Shown: piece after piece, positions 50,912 through 64,000 of the stretch | How the letters are laid out: each line of letters begins with the position of its first letter | How positions within the stretch are numbered: the first letter of the stretch is position 1 | Source: the human T2T-CHM13v2.0 reference genome, Homo sapiens | DNA: 64,000 nucleotides | Assembly (NCBI RefSeq): GCF_009914755.1 | Contig: NC_060948.1 | Reading direction: 5' to 3' (one strand) | The notes under the pieces: model-generated | Told to the model about the DNA's origin: nothing | The model's database searches: none | Seen by the model: only the letters and a program-made list of their open reading frames with translations | Position numbers and translations under genes: made by a program

Positions 50912-53900
50912 ATTTATTTGTTTATTTATTTATTATACTTTAAGTTCTAGGGTACATGTGCACAACATGCAGGTTTGATACATATGTATTCATGTGCCAT
51001 GTTGCTTTGCTGCCCCCATCAATTCATCATTTACATTAGATATTTCTCTTAATGCTATCCCTCCCCAAGTCCCCCACTCCCCACCGCCAGACAGGACCCA
51101 GTGTGTGATGTTCCCTGCCCTGTGTCCAAGTGATCTCATTGTTCAAAATTTCCACCTATGAATGAGAACACGCAGTGTTTGGTTTTCTGGCGTTGTGATA
51201 GTTGGCTGAGAATGATGGCTTCCAGCTTAATCCATGTCCCTGCAAAGGACATAAACTCATCCATTTTTATGGCTGCATAGTATTACAAGGTGTATATGTG
51301 TCACATTTTCTTAATCCAGTCTATCATTGATGGACATTTGGATTGGTTCCAAGTCTTTGGTATTGTGAATAGTGCCACAATAAACATATGTGTGCATGTG
51401 TCTTTATAGTAACATGATTTATAATTTTTTGGGTATATATCCAGTAAAAAGATTGCTGGATCAAATGGTAATTCTAGTTCTAGATCTTTGAGGAATTTCC
51501 ACACTGTCTTCCAAAATGGTTGAACTAATTTACACTCCCACCAACAGTGTAAAAGCATGCCTGTTTCTCCACATCCACTCCAGCATCTGTTGTTTCCTGA
51601 CTTTTTAATGATTGCCATTGTAATTGGTGTCAGATGTTGTGTGATTTTGGTTTTGATTTGCATTTATCTGATAACCAGTGATGATGAACATTGTTTCATG
51701 TGTCTATTGGCCACTCAGATGTGTTTTTTTGAGAAGTATGTGTTCATATCCTTTGTCCACTTTTTGGTGAAATTTTTTTCATGTAAATTTGGTTTCTTTG
51801 TAGATTCTGAATGTCAGTCTTTTGTCAGATGGGTAGATTGCAAAAATTTTCTCCCATTCTGTAGCTTTCCTGTTCACTCAAATGTAGTTTCTTTGGCCGT
51901 GCAGAAGCTCTTTAGTTGAATTAGATTTCATTTGTCTATTTTAGCTTTGGTTGCCATTGCTTTTGGTGTTTTAGTCATGAAGTCCTTGCCCATTGCCTAT
52001 GTCATGAATGGTATTGGCTAGGTTTTCCTCTAGGGTTTTTATGGTTTTAGGTCTAATATTTAAGTCTATAATCCATTTTCAATTAATTTTTGTGTTAGGT
52101 GTAATTAAGGGATGCAGCTTCAACTTTCTACAAATGGCCAGCCAGTTTTCCCAGCACCATTTATTAAACAGGGACTCCTTTCCCCATTTCTTCTTTTTGT
52201 CAGGTTTGTCAAAGATAAGATGATTGTAGATGTGTGTTTTTATTTCTGAGGCCTCTCTTTTGATCCATTGGTCAATGTATCTGTTTTGGTAACACTACTA
52301 TGCAGTTTTGGTTACTGTAGCCTTGTAGTATAGTTTGAAGTCAGGTAGCGTGATGCCTACAGCTTTGTTCTTTTTGCTTAGGATTGTCTTGGCAATGTGG
52401 GCTTTTTTGTGTTCCATATGAATTTTAAAGTAGTTTTTCCAATTCTGTGAAGAAAGTCTTTGTTAGCTTGATGGGGATGACCTTGAATGTACAAATTACT
52501 TTGGGTACAATGGCCATTTTCAAGATATTGGTTCTTCTTATCCATGATCATAGAATATTCTTCCATTTGTTTGTGTCCTTTTTTATTTCGTTGAACAGCG
52601 GTTTGTTGTTCTCCTTGAACGGGTCCTTCACATCCCTTGTATGTTTCATTCCTACATATTTTATTCTCTTTGTAGCAATTATGAATGGGAATCCACTCAT
52701 GATTTGGCTCTCTGTTTGTCTGTTAATGGTGTATAGGAATGCTTGTCATTTTTGCACATTTATTTTTGTATCCTGAGACTTTATTGAAGTTGCTTATCAG
52801 CTTAAGGAGATTTTGGGATGAGATGACAGGGTTTTCTAAATATACAATCATGTCATCAGAAAACAGGGATGATTTGACTCACTCATTTCCTAATTGAATA
52901 CTCTTTATTTCTTTCTCTTGTCTGATTGCCCTGGCCAGAACTTCCAACACTATGTTGAATAGAAGTGAGCATCCTTGTCAAGAGAAGGCATCCTTGTCTT
53001 GTGCCGGTTTTCATAGGAAATGCTTCCAGTATTTGCCCACTCAGTATGATATTGGCTGTGGGCTTGTCACAAGGAGCTTTTATTATTTCGAGATACATTT
53101 CTGTCAATACCTACTTTATTGAGAGTTTTTAGCATGAAGGGCTATTGGATTTTGTTGAAGGCTTTTCTGCATCTGTTGAGATAATCATGTGGTTTTTGTC
53201 ATTGGTACTGTTTATGTGATGGATTATATTTATTGATTTGTGTATGTTGAACCAGACTTGTATCCAAGGGATGAAGCTTACATGATCATGGTAGAGAAGA
53301 TTTTTGATGTGGTGGTGGATTCTGTTTGCCAGTATTTTATTGAGGATTTTTGCATTGACGTTCTTCAGGGATATTGGTCTAAAATTCTCTTTTTTTATTG
53401 GTATCAGAATTATGTTGGCCTCATAAAATAAGTTAGGGATGATTTCTTCTTTTTTATTGATTGGAATAGTTTCAGAAGGAGTGGTACCAGCTCCTCTTTG
53501 TACATCTGGTAGAATTCAGCTGTGAATCAAACTGGTCCTGGACTTTTGTTTTTGGTTGGTAGGCTATTAATTATTTCCTCAATTTCATAGCCTGTTATTG
53601 GTCTATTCAGAGATCCAATTCTTCCTGCTTTTGCTTTGTGAGGGTTTGTTTGTCCAGGAATTTATCCATTTCTTCTAGATTTTCTAGTTTATTTGTGCAG
53701 AGGTGTTTACAGTTTTCTCTGATGGTAGTTTGTATTTCTGTAGGGTCGGTGGTGATATCCCATTTATCATTTTTATTGCATCTATTTGATTCTTCTCTCT
53801 TTTCTTCTTTATTAGTCTTGCTAGTGGTCTATCAATTTGGTTGACCTTTTCAAAAAACCAGTTATTGATTTCATTGATTTTTTGAAGGATTTTTTTTCTC

Positions 53901-56900
53901 TCTATCTCTTTCAGTGTTGCTCTCATCTTAGTTATTTCTTGCCTTCTCCAAGCTTTTGATTTTGTTTGATCTTGCTTTGCTAGTTCTTTTAATTGTGATG
54001 TTAGGGTGTCAGTTTTCCTGGTTTTTCTTGTGTGTTTAGTGCCACACATTTCCCTCTACACACTACTTTAAATGTGTCCCAGAGATTCTGGTACATTGTG
54101 TCATTTTTCTCATTGGTTTCAAAGAACATCTTTGTTTCTGGTTTCATTTCATTTCTTACCCAGCAGTCATTAAGGAGCAAGTTGTTCGGTTTTCACATAG
54201 TTGTGAAGTTTTCAGTGAATTTCTTAATCCTCAGTTCTAATTTGATTGCACTGTGGTCTGAGAGACAGTTTGCTATGATTTCTGTTCTTTTACATTGGCT
54301 GAGGAGTGCTTTACTTCCAGTTATGTAGTCAATTTTAGAATAAGTGTGATGTGTTCTGTAGATATCTATTAGGTCTGCTTATTGCAGATCTGAGTTCAGG
54401 TCCTGAATATCCTTGTTGATCTTCTGTCTTATTGATCTGTCTAATACTGACTGTGAGGTGTTAAAATCTCCCATTATGATTGCATGGGAGTCTAAATCTC
54501 TTTGTAAGTCTCTAAGGACTTGCTTTATGAATCTGGGTGCTCTTGTATTGGATGCATACATATTTAGGATACTTAGCTCTTCTTCATTAATTGATCCCTT
54601 TATCATTATGTAATGGTCTTCTTTGTCTCTTTTGATCTTTGCTGGTTAAATGTCTGTTTTATCAGACTATGATTGCAACCCCTGCTTTGTTTTTCTCTGT
54701 TTTTTTTTTTTCTTTCCATAGACTTGGTAGATCTTCTTCCATCCCTTTATTTTGAGCCTATGTGCATCATTGCATATGAGATGGGTCTCCAGAATACAGC
54801 ACACTGATTCATCTTGACTCTATGCAATTTGCCAGTCTGTGTCTTTTAATTGGGGCATTTAGCCCATTTACATTTAAGGTTAATATTGTTATCTGTGAAT
54901 TTGATCCTGTCATTATGACGTTTGCTGGGTAGTTTGCCCATTAATTAATGGAGTCTCTTCATAGCATTGATGTTGTTTACAATTTGGCATGTTTTTGCAC
55001 TGGCTGGTACCAATTGTTTCTTTCCAAGTTTAGTGCTTCCTTCATGATCTCTTGTAAGGCAGGCCTGGTGGTGACAAAATCTCTCAGAATTTGCTTCTCT
55101 GTAAAGGATGTTATTTCTCCTTCACTTACAAAGTTTAGTTTGGCTGGATATGAAATTCTGGGTTGAAAATTCTTTTCTTTAAAGATGTTGAATGTTGGTC
55201 CCCACTCTCTTCTGGCTTCTAGAGTTTCTGCCAAGAGATTCGCTGTTAGTCTTATGAGCTTACCTTTGTGGGTAACTCAACCTTTCTCTCTGGCTGCCCT
55301 TAATATTATTTCCTTCATTTCAACCTTGGTGAACCTGACAATTATGTGTCTTCATGTTGCTCTTCTCGAGGAGTGTCTCTGTGGTTTTTTCTGTATTTCC
55401 TGAATTTGAATGTTGGCCTATCTTGCTAGGTTGGGGAAGTTTTCCTGGATGATATCCTGAAGATTGTTTTCCAGCTTGGTTCCATTCTTTCCATCACTTT
55501 CAGGTACACCAATCAAATGTAGATTTGGTCTTTTCACTTAGTCCTATATTTTTTGAGGCTTTGTTTATTTCTTTTTGCTGTGTTTTCTCTAACCTTGTCT
55601 TCTTGTTTTATTTTATTAATGTAATCTTTAGTCACTGATATCCTTTCTTCCACTTGATTGAATCAGCTACTGAAGCTTGTGGTATATGTCACAAAGTCCT
55701 TGTGCCATGGTTTTCAACTCCATTAAGTCATGTAAGGTCTTCTCTACATTGTTTATTCGAGTTAGCCTTTCATCTAATCGTTTTTCAAGGTTTTAACTTT
55801 CTTGTGATGGTTTTGAACATGCTACTTTAGTTTGGAGAAGTTTGTTATTACTGACCTTCTGGAGCCTACTTCTGTCAACTTGTCAAAGTGATTCTCCATC
55901 AGGTTTTGTTCTGTTGTTTGTGAGGAGCTGTAATCCTTTGGAGGAGAAGAGGTGCTCTCAGTTTTAGAATTTTCAGCTTTTCTGCTCTAATTTCTCCCCA
56001 TCTTTGTGGTTTTATCTACCTGGATTTTTGAAGTTGGTGATCTACAGATGGGGTTCTGCATAGATGACCTTTTTGTTGATGTTGCTGCTATTCCTTTCTG
56101 TTTCTTAGTTTTCCTTCAAACAGTCAGGTCCTTCAGCTTCAGGTCTATTGGAGTTTTGTGGAGTTTCAATACAGATTCTGTTTGCCTGGGCATCACCAGC
56201 AGAGGCTTCAGAACAGCAAATATTGCAGAACAGCAAATATTGATGCATGATAATTTCTGTGGAAGCTTCATCCCAAAGGAGCTGCCACCTATATGAGGTG
56301 TCTGTTGACCTTTACTTGGAGGTGTCTCCCAGTTGGGCTACATGGCAATCAAGGACCCACTTCAGGAGGCAGTCTGTCCATTCTCTGCACTCAAACAGCA
56401 TTCTAGGAGAACCACTGCCCTCTTCAGAGCTGTCAGACGGAGATGTTTAAGTCTGCAGAAGCTGTCTGCTGCCTTTTTTTCAGCTATCCCCTGCCTACAG
56501 AGGTGGAGTCTTGAGGCAGTAGGCCTTGTTGAGCTGTGGTGGTCTCCACCTAGTTTGAGCTTCCTGGGTGCTGTGTTTACCGACTCAAGCCTTAACAATG
56601 ATGGCTGTCCCTCTACCAGCTAGGCTGCCACCTCGGAGCTTGATCTCAGAATGCTGTGTTAGCAGTTACCAAGGCTCTGTGAGTGTGGGACCCACCAAGC
56701 AAGGCATGGGAGAGAATCTTTTTGTCTGCCAGTTGCAAAGACCTTGGGAAAAGTGCAGCATTTGGGTGGGAGTGTCCTGTTTTTCCAAGTAGTTTGTCAC
56801 AACTTCCCTTTTCTAGGAAAGGGAAATCTCCTGATCCCTTTTGCATCCCAGGTGGGGTGACTCCCCAACCTGCTTTAGCTCTCCCTCAATGGGCTGCACC

Positions 56901-57034
56901 CACTGTCCAACCAGTCCCAATGAGAAGAACCAGGTACCTGAGTTGGAAGTGCAGAAGTCACTCATCTTCTGTGTCGATCATGCTGGGAGCTGCAGACTGG
57001 AGCTGTTCCTATTTGACCATCTTGGAACACCCTC
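50912..57034 (-). mobile_element. Full-length decayed L1PA (about PA6-7)
   Basis: 5'UTR, ORF1, EN (MGDFN), RT and 3'UTR, all on minus; TSD aataggatgcattt at 50898-50911 and 57044-57057. Confidence 0.93.
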
Positions 57035-57067
57035 AGAAAAATAAATAGGATGCATTTTTAAAGGTAA

Positions 57068-57355
<288 letters not shown>

Positions 57356-57694
57356 CAAGGTAAATTCTCTATTTAAGTGCTCATACATCCAGTTTTGTTG
57401 AACATATACTTTAAACCTGTGTTACAGATAAACGTGAATTGCAGGGTTTTCTTGTTTTCTTCACCCACTTCCCTGTCCCTTTCAATCAGCTGGCTGTGAG
57501 ATCACTTAAACCAGGGACCTGAGGCTCAGGACTGGCCCAAGGGGTGTTGTGGGTGCCCCTCTGCATTTCAAGGTCACTGTGTGGCAGGGTCAGGTCTTTG
57601 GCTGGAGAAAAGTGCATTGTGTCACCAGAGGAGGTCTTGGTCAGTTGATTTGAGAAACAACACAAGCACTAATATTTGGAATGTCCCAGGTTAG

Positions 57695-58280
57695 TGTTGG
57701 GGAAACCAGCCCCACATCACCTGATGGGTACCCCAATACTGGCAGAGACAAATGAGTTGCAAAGAGACAGAATAACTGCTTAAAGGTTGGGACCAGGGGT
57801 CTGGAGCATAGGAGGCTTGCTTACAGCCCAGATCTCTAGGGCTCCACCCAATTTATTGGTTTACAAGCTCTTTGTTCTCATGGTAGCTGCGAGGATGAGG
57901 AAGCGATGAGGAAAAGGATTAGCCAGTGAAGGAGAACTCACGAGTCATTCAATAAGGTGTATAGTGGGGGCAGTTTCTGTGAATTTCCTAGAGCAAAGGC
58001 GTATGTCTAAACTACTTAAGATCTTTAAATTATTGGGGCTGAAACAGTTCAGAGTGGGTTTCAGGAAGAGCCAAGATATTTGATTATACTCTACTGCTTC
58101 AAGGGAGTGTTATCTCCCTGAGCAACCTGTGAAATGCTGCTGAGCAGTTACGCTCTCAGGGCATATAGACTTGAAGGCAATAAGGAGACTTTTCTCCACA
58201 GAAGCAGCCCATGGCTCCCCATGGATGTCTCACAGAGGGTAGACCAACTCACCTGGAACCTGAGAAACTCTCTTTTCCAA
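57695..58280 (-). mobile_element. Solo LTR of the LTR14 family (LTR14C/HERV-K14C-like)
   Basis: Minus strand starts ggaaaagagagtttctc, contains gagataacactcccttgaagcag, ends ggctggtttccccaaca. Confidence 0.7.
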
Positions 58281-58415
58281 TTACAGATTGTTGGTTTAGA
58301 CCAAAAGCAGTAAAAGAGATAAACAAAGCGTATTGGAGTGGCCCTGTGGTGACAGCATTTTCTGGCTGGGCCTCAGAGTCCCACAAAACCTCCCCTGCTA
58401 TCTGATCTCTTGTAG

Positions 58416-58517
58416 AGGGACATGAATAAAATGGACCACTCAAGGACCATCAGAACCACTGGGCTTGGCCTTGGACTTTCCAGGAGACAAGAACATTTGA
58501 AATCCACTGACTGCCAG
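58416..58517 (+). pseudogene. PRY-like pseudo-exon
   Basis: tgtag|..MNKMDHSRTIRTTGLGLGLSRRQEHLKSTDCQ|gt vs PRY (MNKM...NHSRT)MGATGLGFLLSWRQDNLNGTDCQ; the PRY start ATG reads ATC here. Confidence 0.8.
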
Positions 58518-59124
58518 GTACTGTCATCCTATGGGCCATGGGACCATCTCACCTATTCAGTTCCCCTCTACCATCTAGTAGTGAGTAGAGCATGGAGTGG
58601 GCCTAGGGATGACAGGGCCCTGTCACTGTGATCAAGTCAGACCCCAGGGAGGAGAAAACCACCAGCAAGGAGCCCATGTCAGGGGCCAGGTTTGGGGAGC
58701 AGCTTTCTCTAACCTTACACTTGCTCCTGCAGCCTGACTCATCACTTGAATTCACATATATATTTGGAGAATGGAGACAACAAACTTAGAACAAGACACA
58801 CAGGCCTGCCACCTAAAGACAAACCCAGCTGTCATTGTGGGGTGTTTATTTTTATTATTTTCTTTTTTTTACTCTTCTCATGTTTCTGATACATATCAGT
58901 GCTTTTTGAGCACCCTCCTTGCACTCTGTGATCTTCCTTTGATGAAGAGGATCCTTTAAGGATAAGAAAAGTATATAGGTTGGCCAGCTGTGGATCTGGT
59001 CTACATGTGGGGTAGGCCTACATCTTGGCTGGCCTTCACACCATGTGCACATTTGCTCCTTCATTTCACATAACATTATGACTATAGCATCTTTCTTGAC
59101 ACCTCATGTGCCTGCTTATATTTA

Positions 59125-59290
59125 GATCCTGCACTGCCTAGGTGTGTGACCCTAGGCAGATTCATGTGACATCTCACCTGTACAATAGGGATGCTGCCAG
59201 GACCTGCCATGGGATTGTTGCAAATGTTAAGGGGCGGTGGTTATCAAAAGCCTGAGTACCATTGAGACACAGTGAGCATTCACAAAATAC
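59125..59290. mobile_element. MIR fragment
   Basis: tgtgtgaccctaggcag...cacctgtacaataggga...gattgttgcaaat core. Confidence 0.55.
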
Positions 59291-59644
59291 CAATTCTTTT
59301 TTTATCAACTGTTGCCTAATAGATCTTTAGGATAAACTGTCGTTTATTCACATAACTAGTAAGCTCTTGTTAATTGTTTTCCTAGTTTCAAAACTGGAGA
59401 ACAATACTTCATTGAAAGTCATTGTAAATAAAGTGCTAAAATATTATCGTTTTCCAGTAATAGGCTTTATTAAGTGTTTCAAGTTGGCCAGGTCAATCAG
59501 AGCCTGGCCAAAGTCTTTGCAACCACAGGGAAAATGGTAAAGGCATTGCAATTTGTGATATCCTGGAGCCCACAGCCACTAGTAGCCAAATTGAAACAGG
59601 AACCCACATTCTTAGCTTGGCTTCAGTTTCTTTCCAGGTCTTAC

Positions 59645-60378
59645 TGAGAGGTGAAGCCAGGCTTCTGGGTGGGTGGGGACTTGGAGAACTTTTCTGTCTA
59701 GCTAAAGGATTGTAAACACACCAATCAGCACTCTGTGTCAGGCTAAAGGTTTGTAATTGTACCATTCAGGGCTCTGTGTCTAGCTAATTGGGTGGGGACT
59801 TGGATAACTTTTGTGTCTAGCTAAAGGACTGTAAACACCCCAATCAGCACTCTGTGTCTAACTGAAGGTTTGTAAATGCACCAGTCAGCACTCGGTCAAA
59901 AGGGACCAATCAGCTCTCAGTAAAATGGACTAATCAGCACTCTGTAAAATGGACCAAACTGAGCTCTGTATAATGGAACAATCAACGCTCTGTAAAATGG
60001 AACAATCAGCAGGACATGGATGAGGCCAAATAAGGGAGTAAAACCTGGCCACCTAAGCCAGCAGTGGCAACCCGCTTCATTCCCCTTCCATGCTGTGGAA
60101 GATTTTTCTCTTGCTCTTCAAGATAAATCTTGCTGCTCCTCACTCTTTGGGGCAGCACTGCCTTTATGAGCTGTAACACTCACCATGAAGGTCTGCAGCT
60201 TCACTCCTGAAGTCTGCGATACCACGAACCCACCAGAAGGAAGAAACTCGACACATCCGAACATCAGAAGGAACAAATTCCGGACACACCATGTTTAAGA
60301 ACTATAAAACACACCATGAGGGCCCGCGGCTTCATTCTTGAAGTCAGTGAGGCCAAGAACCCCCGAATTCTGGACACA
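59645..60378 (+). mobile_element. Solo LTR12 (ERV9), LTR12F-like
   Basis: Starts tgagaggtgaagccag; tandem ccaatcagcactctg repeats; ends aattctggacaca; TSD ttac/gtac. Confidence 0.9.
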
Positions 60379-62214
60379 GTACTGCTCTGGTCTGAGAGAG
60401 CCTCTGCCCACAAAAATATGGTGTCCTCTGTGTCCCGCAGGTCACTGCAGGGTGGCGAGATGTACCAGTATGGGCACGACCATGATGCTCCCACCCTCCC
60501 CTTCATCTTTCCTGGTCCTTTCCTCTGCCCACTGGTTGCTTGCAGTAACATGCTAGAGTCCTCTATGGCTGCAACTGAATCATGGCTGAGGCCTCTACCA
60601 CTGGCATCCTCCAAGGAAGTTTCCTTCCAGGCTCGGCAGTTGGTCTACAGTTAGGGGCTGGACTTCATGATGCACACTGCAGACACCTCTGTGGCTGTGT
60701 CTATTGATACCTTTGGTGATGCCTACATGTGGATCTCCTTTGACAGATCTTGATTGAGTTTTTGAGCTGGATATTGTGACTACTCAGTTCTTGTTTTGTT
60801 TTAAGGGAGAGGAAGTGGGGTAGAGCCAGGATTTCCTGCTGGAATCTGTGGTACTTAATTAGGCTTCAAACCAGTAGAGCTGGAACAAAGACTCTTCCTA
60901 GAGTCTCTGACACCACAGATTATTTCTCATATATTTCATTTTGAAAATAAAAATGTATCCACATGACTGAAAAATACAGAAGTGAGGCAAGAGTTACACA
61001 GAAGGAGCTGCCACCATGTGCACCTAAACCTAGTGCCCTGAGTTACCTGTTAACACCAGGTACAACAGAGGAAGGCTGAGCTTCTTAGACTCCTAACCTT
61101 TCATCCACCCTCAGCCAATGGTAGGCATATCATGAGTTTAGTTTCCTTCTTAGTGATCATTGAAGTTGTAAGCAATTGTAGAATATATATATTTAGATAT
61201 CTATTTCATCAGTCCAATACAGGACAATCTTGAGACTGTCCTCTTGTAAGGAGTATATTGGCATTGTGAATTCACCTACGTTTCTTAGTATTCTATGGGT
61301 AATACATATTTTGTCTTTAGCTTTCTGTTTTCTTGTCATTTCTAATTGCCTTTTCTTCTTTCCATTTTAAATTAAACTGTCTACTTTTATTACATCCTTA
61401 ATGTTTTCCTGCATTTCTAACCTGCCATCTGAAAAGTCACTGCTGGACGCCTTCCTTTTCCCCTTTCCCATCCAACCAACATCTCTCTAGGCCTGGGGTG
61501 GGTCTGTCATTCCCAGAGCTTTTATAATTGCCTCTCTGGGTTTTTACGTGTGAAATTCTATTTCGCTACTGCAGCTTTGGAACAAATCTCCCAGAGAGCT
61601 AGACAATTTTCTTATGATTTATTTTTTTAATTGTATGTGCTTTTGAAATATATTTCAGATTCTCTCTTCCATTTTTTTTTGAAAGCTACACATTTTAAGA
61701 GAATTTGAAGCTATCTTTCCTAATCTCTGGATTTTCCTCTTATCTTCCTAAATTTTGTTTTAAAGAGGGTCAATTTATCTATTTTTTCTTTTGTTTTCTG
61801 TGCATTCTCTGTCATACCCAGGAAACTTGATGAATTCAATGTCAATAAGTCCATAAAAATATGTTTGACATCACTAGCCATTAGGTAAAGGAATATCTAA
61901 ACCACAATGATATTACCACTTTTTACCCACTAGAATGTGATTTTTATTTTTTTGAAGAAGGGACAACTGGAGAGTATGTGGAGACAATGGAACCCTTGTG
62001 CATTGCTGGTGAGAAAGTGAAATGGTGGTGATGGTTGCACAATAACACAAACATACTTAATGCCACTTACGTATACACCTACAAATGCTTAGATTGGTAA
62101 ATTTTATGTTACATTTCTTTTACTAAATACAACAAAGTCTTCCTGAGAACTGGTCCTGAAATAGTTCCATGTGAATGAAAGAAGACCCGTCTCTCCTAGA
62201 GGGAGTAGAAGCTT

Positions 62215-62515
62215 TTATTTATTTATTTACTTTGAAATTGAGTCTTGCTCTGTGGCTCAGGCTGGAGGAAAGTGGTGCGACCTCTGCTCACTGCAAGCAC
62301 TACCTCCCATCTTCACACCATTCTCCTGCATCAGCCTCCCGAGTAGCTGGGACTAAAGGTGCCCACCATCATGCCTGGCTAACTTTTTGTACTTTTTAGA
62401 AGAGACGGGATGTCACCATGTTAGCCATGATGGTCTCGATCTCTAGACCTCATCATCCACCCTTCTTGGCCTCCCAAAGTGCTGGGAATACAGGCTTGAG
62501 CCACCACACCTGGCT
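62215..62515 (-). mobile_element. Alu
   Basis: gagtcttgctctgt...cccaaagtgctggg. Confidence 0.88.
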
Positions 62516-63000
62516 GAGTAGGAACCTTTTTATCCATGCTGGTACCACACACTCCTGGCTCTTCCACACACAAAGCATGACCTCACAAATCACAAGCAGT
62601 CCAATTCTAACTGGTCTGTTTGCACCTCTTTCCAACATCCTATTCCCCTATTCAACTTACTCCCTGCCCCGCTACAAGCCACTGTACATCACAGGTTTGC
62701 TTACCTTCTCTGTAGACTTTTCTATAATGTCATAGGAATGCTATCATACAATATGTGATCTCTTCAGACTGGCACTTTTTGTTACTAATGTTTTCTCGTT
62801 ATTCCATAATTGCTGCCAAAATAAGCATGCATGTCTTGTGCCACAGAAAACTGATCACACACTAAGCTCTACTTAGTAAAAACTAAAAAAAAAAAATGCT
62901 AGTACATATTGTCACATTTATACCCTTATTTTTTTAATTCATGATTTCTACAATGAATAAATGGATGAATAAAGTACACTGACACACAAATATTCTGCCT

Positions 63001-63404
63001 TGCCAGTCCAGCTGAGCATTGGGCTGATTACAGACCCCAGGCAGAGTGTTGTAAACAGTTTTGACTGTGACCCGTACCAGCTAGTGAGACTCGCATTTAT
63101 TAAGTAAAGATTAATTGACCAAGGCTTTAAGTCAACACCACTAAAGGGTAAATGACAGTGTGGACTTCCCAATTAGAAAGCAATTAATCACTGTGGTAAG
63201 TCAAAGATTAGTCTTAGGACCACATGAACAAACAAGCTATTAAGATAAACACCCCATATTCCTTTGTTTCTACTCTAACTTATTTAACTAAATGGAAAAG
63301 GCTGCCTTTAGCCAAGTTTATTACTGGAGCTTATGCCAATCCCCAAAGCCTTCCAAGAAGGTTTGCATCTGATAATTTTCCCCACCATCCTGACTGAACC
63401 CACA
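63001..63404 (-). mobile_element. Solo LTR22-like element (HERV-K HML-5)
   Basis: Minus strand starts tgtgggttcagtcaggatggtggggaaaatt, ends gctggactggca. Confidence 0.7.
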
Positions 63405-63777
63405 CAGATGTCAAAGCTGCAATAAGAATTTCTGGAGTACAAACTAGTTTCTCTGGGAATTGAAAAAGCCATTGATTTCAATTTCAGTACATATATTCAT
63501 TGCTTAATACATGATACAGATTAGAACTCTGGAGGTTTACCTTCTTGAATCTGCTTTTTCAAAAATGAGACAAAGTGTAAAATCACATGTATTTGGTCTG
63601 TTAGTTTTTCTTCACCTTTCAAAACATGGCACTTCCTTTGATTGATATTTGAAGACAGAGACTAATTTATTAAAATATTTTTCACTGTCCTTTTCATTGT
63701 TGCTTTTACACATTACATGTGAAATTGCTGGAAACTTCAACAGTGCACATTTTAAATAAGAATAAAAGACAGTTGGC

Positions 63778-64000
63778 ATCTAGCAAGATGGTTGAAAAAG
63801 AGCAGCTCTGGTCTGCAGCTTCCAGTGAGATCAACACAAAAGACAAGTGATTTCTGTGTTTCCACCTGAGGTACCCAGTTCATCTCATTGGGACTGGTTA
63901 GACATTGAGTGAGGCCCACAGAAGGCAAGCAGAAGCAGGGTGATTGTTGCCTCACCCAGGAAGCGCAAGGGGCTAGAAACTTCCTCCCACAGCCAAGGAA
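63778..64000 (+). mobile_element. 5'UTR start of an L1PA that runs off the window
   Basis: caagatgg...agcagctctggtctgcagct...ctgaggtacccagttcatctcattgggactgg. Confidence 0.88.

Noticed and set aside
58771-59000. Possible next PRY exon
   Set aside because: Similarity too weak and no clear splice sites
59690-60010. Regularly spaced ccaatcagcactctg repeats resembling an array
   Set aside because: Normal LTR12 U3 repeats; not CRISPR, no unique spacers or cas genes

Overview
Human genomic DNA (all five AluYa5 diagnostic positions are present), AT-rich and mostly L1/Alu/LTR repeats. The co-occurrence of decayed USP9Y-, XKRY/XKR3- and PRY-type exons points to an ampliconic region of the Y chromosome (inference). 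I see no intact protein-coding gene, RNA gene or CRISPR array. The window is a mosaic of unprocessed pseudogene fragments: USP9 C-terminal exons (+, 1-593); USP9 catalytic-region exons (-, ~8.2-13.3 kb, partly duplicated at 23.6-27.4 kb); an XKR3-like gene (+, 17661-29590) whose middle coding exon is missing, with the USP9 duplicate lying in that interval; and a PRY-like exon (+, 58416-58517). It also holds an ancient ERVL pol fossil, four solo LTRs and several structurally informative L1s. I found no convincing new biological system. The best leads are the XKR3/USP9 chimeric locus, patchy (gene-conversion-like) identity in the 3.9-kb duplication, and a pair of conserved opposite-strand candidate exons. 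Homologies are from recalled protein and repeat consensus sequences and need alignment. Repeat boundaries are approximate unless a TSD is given.
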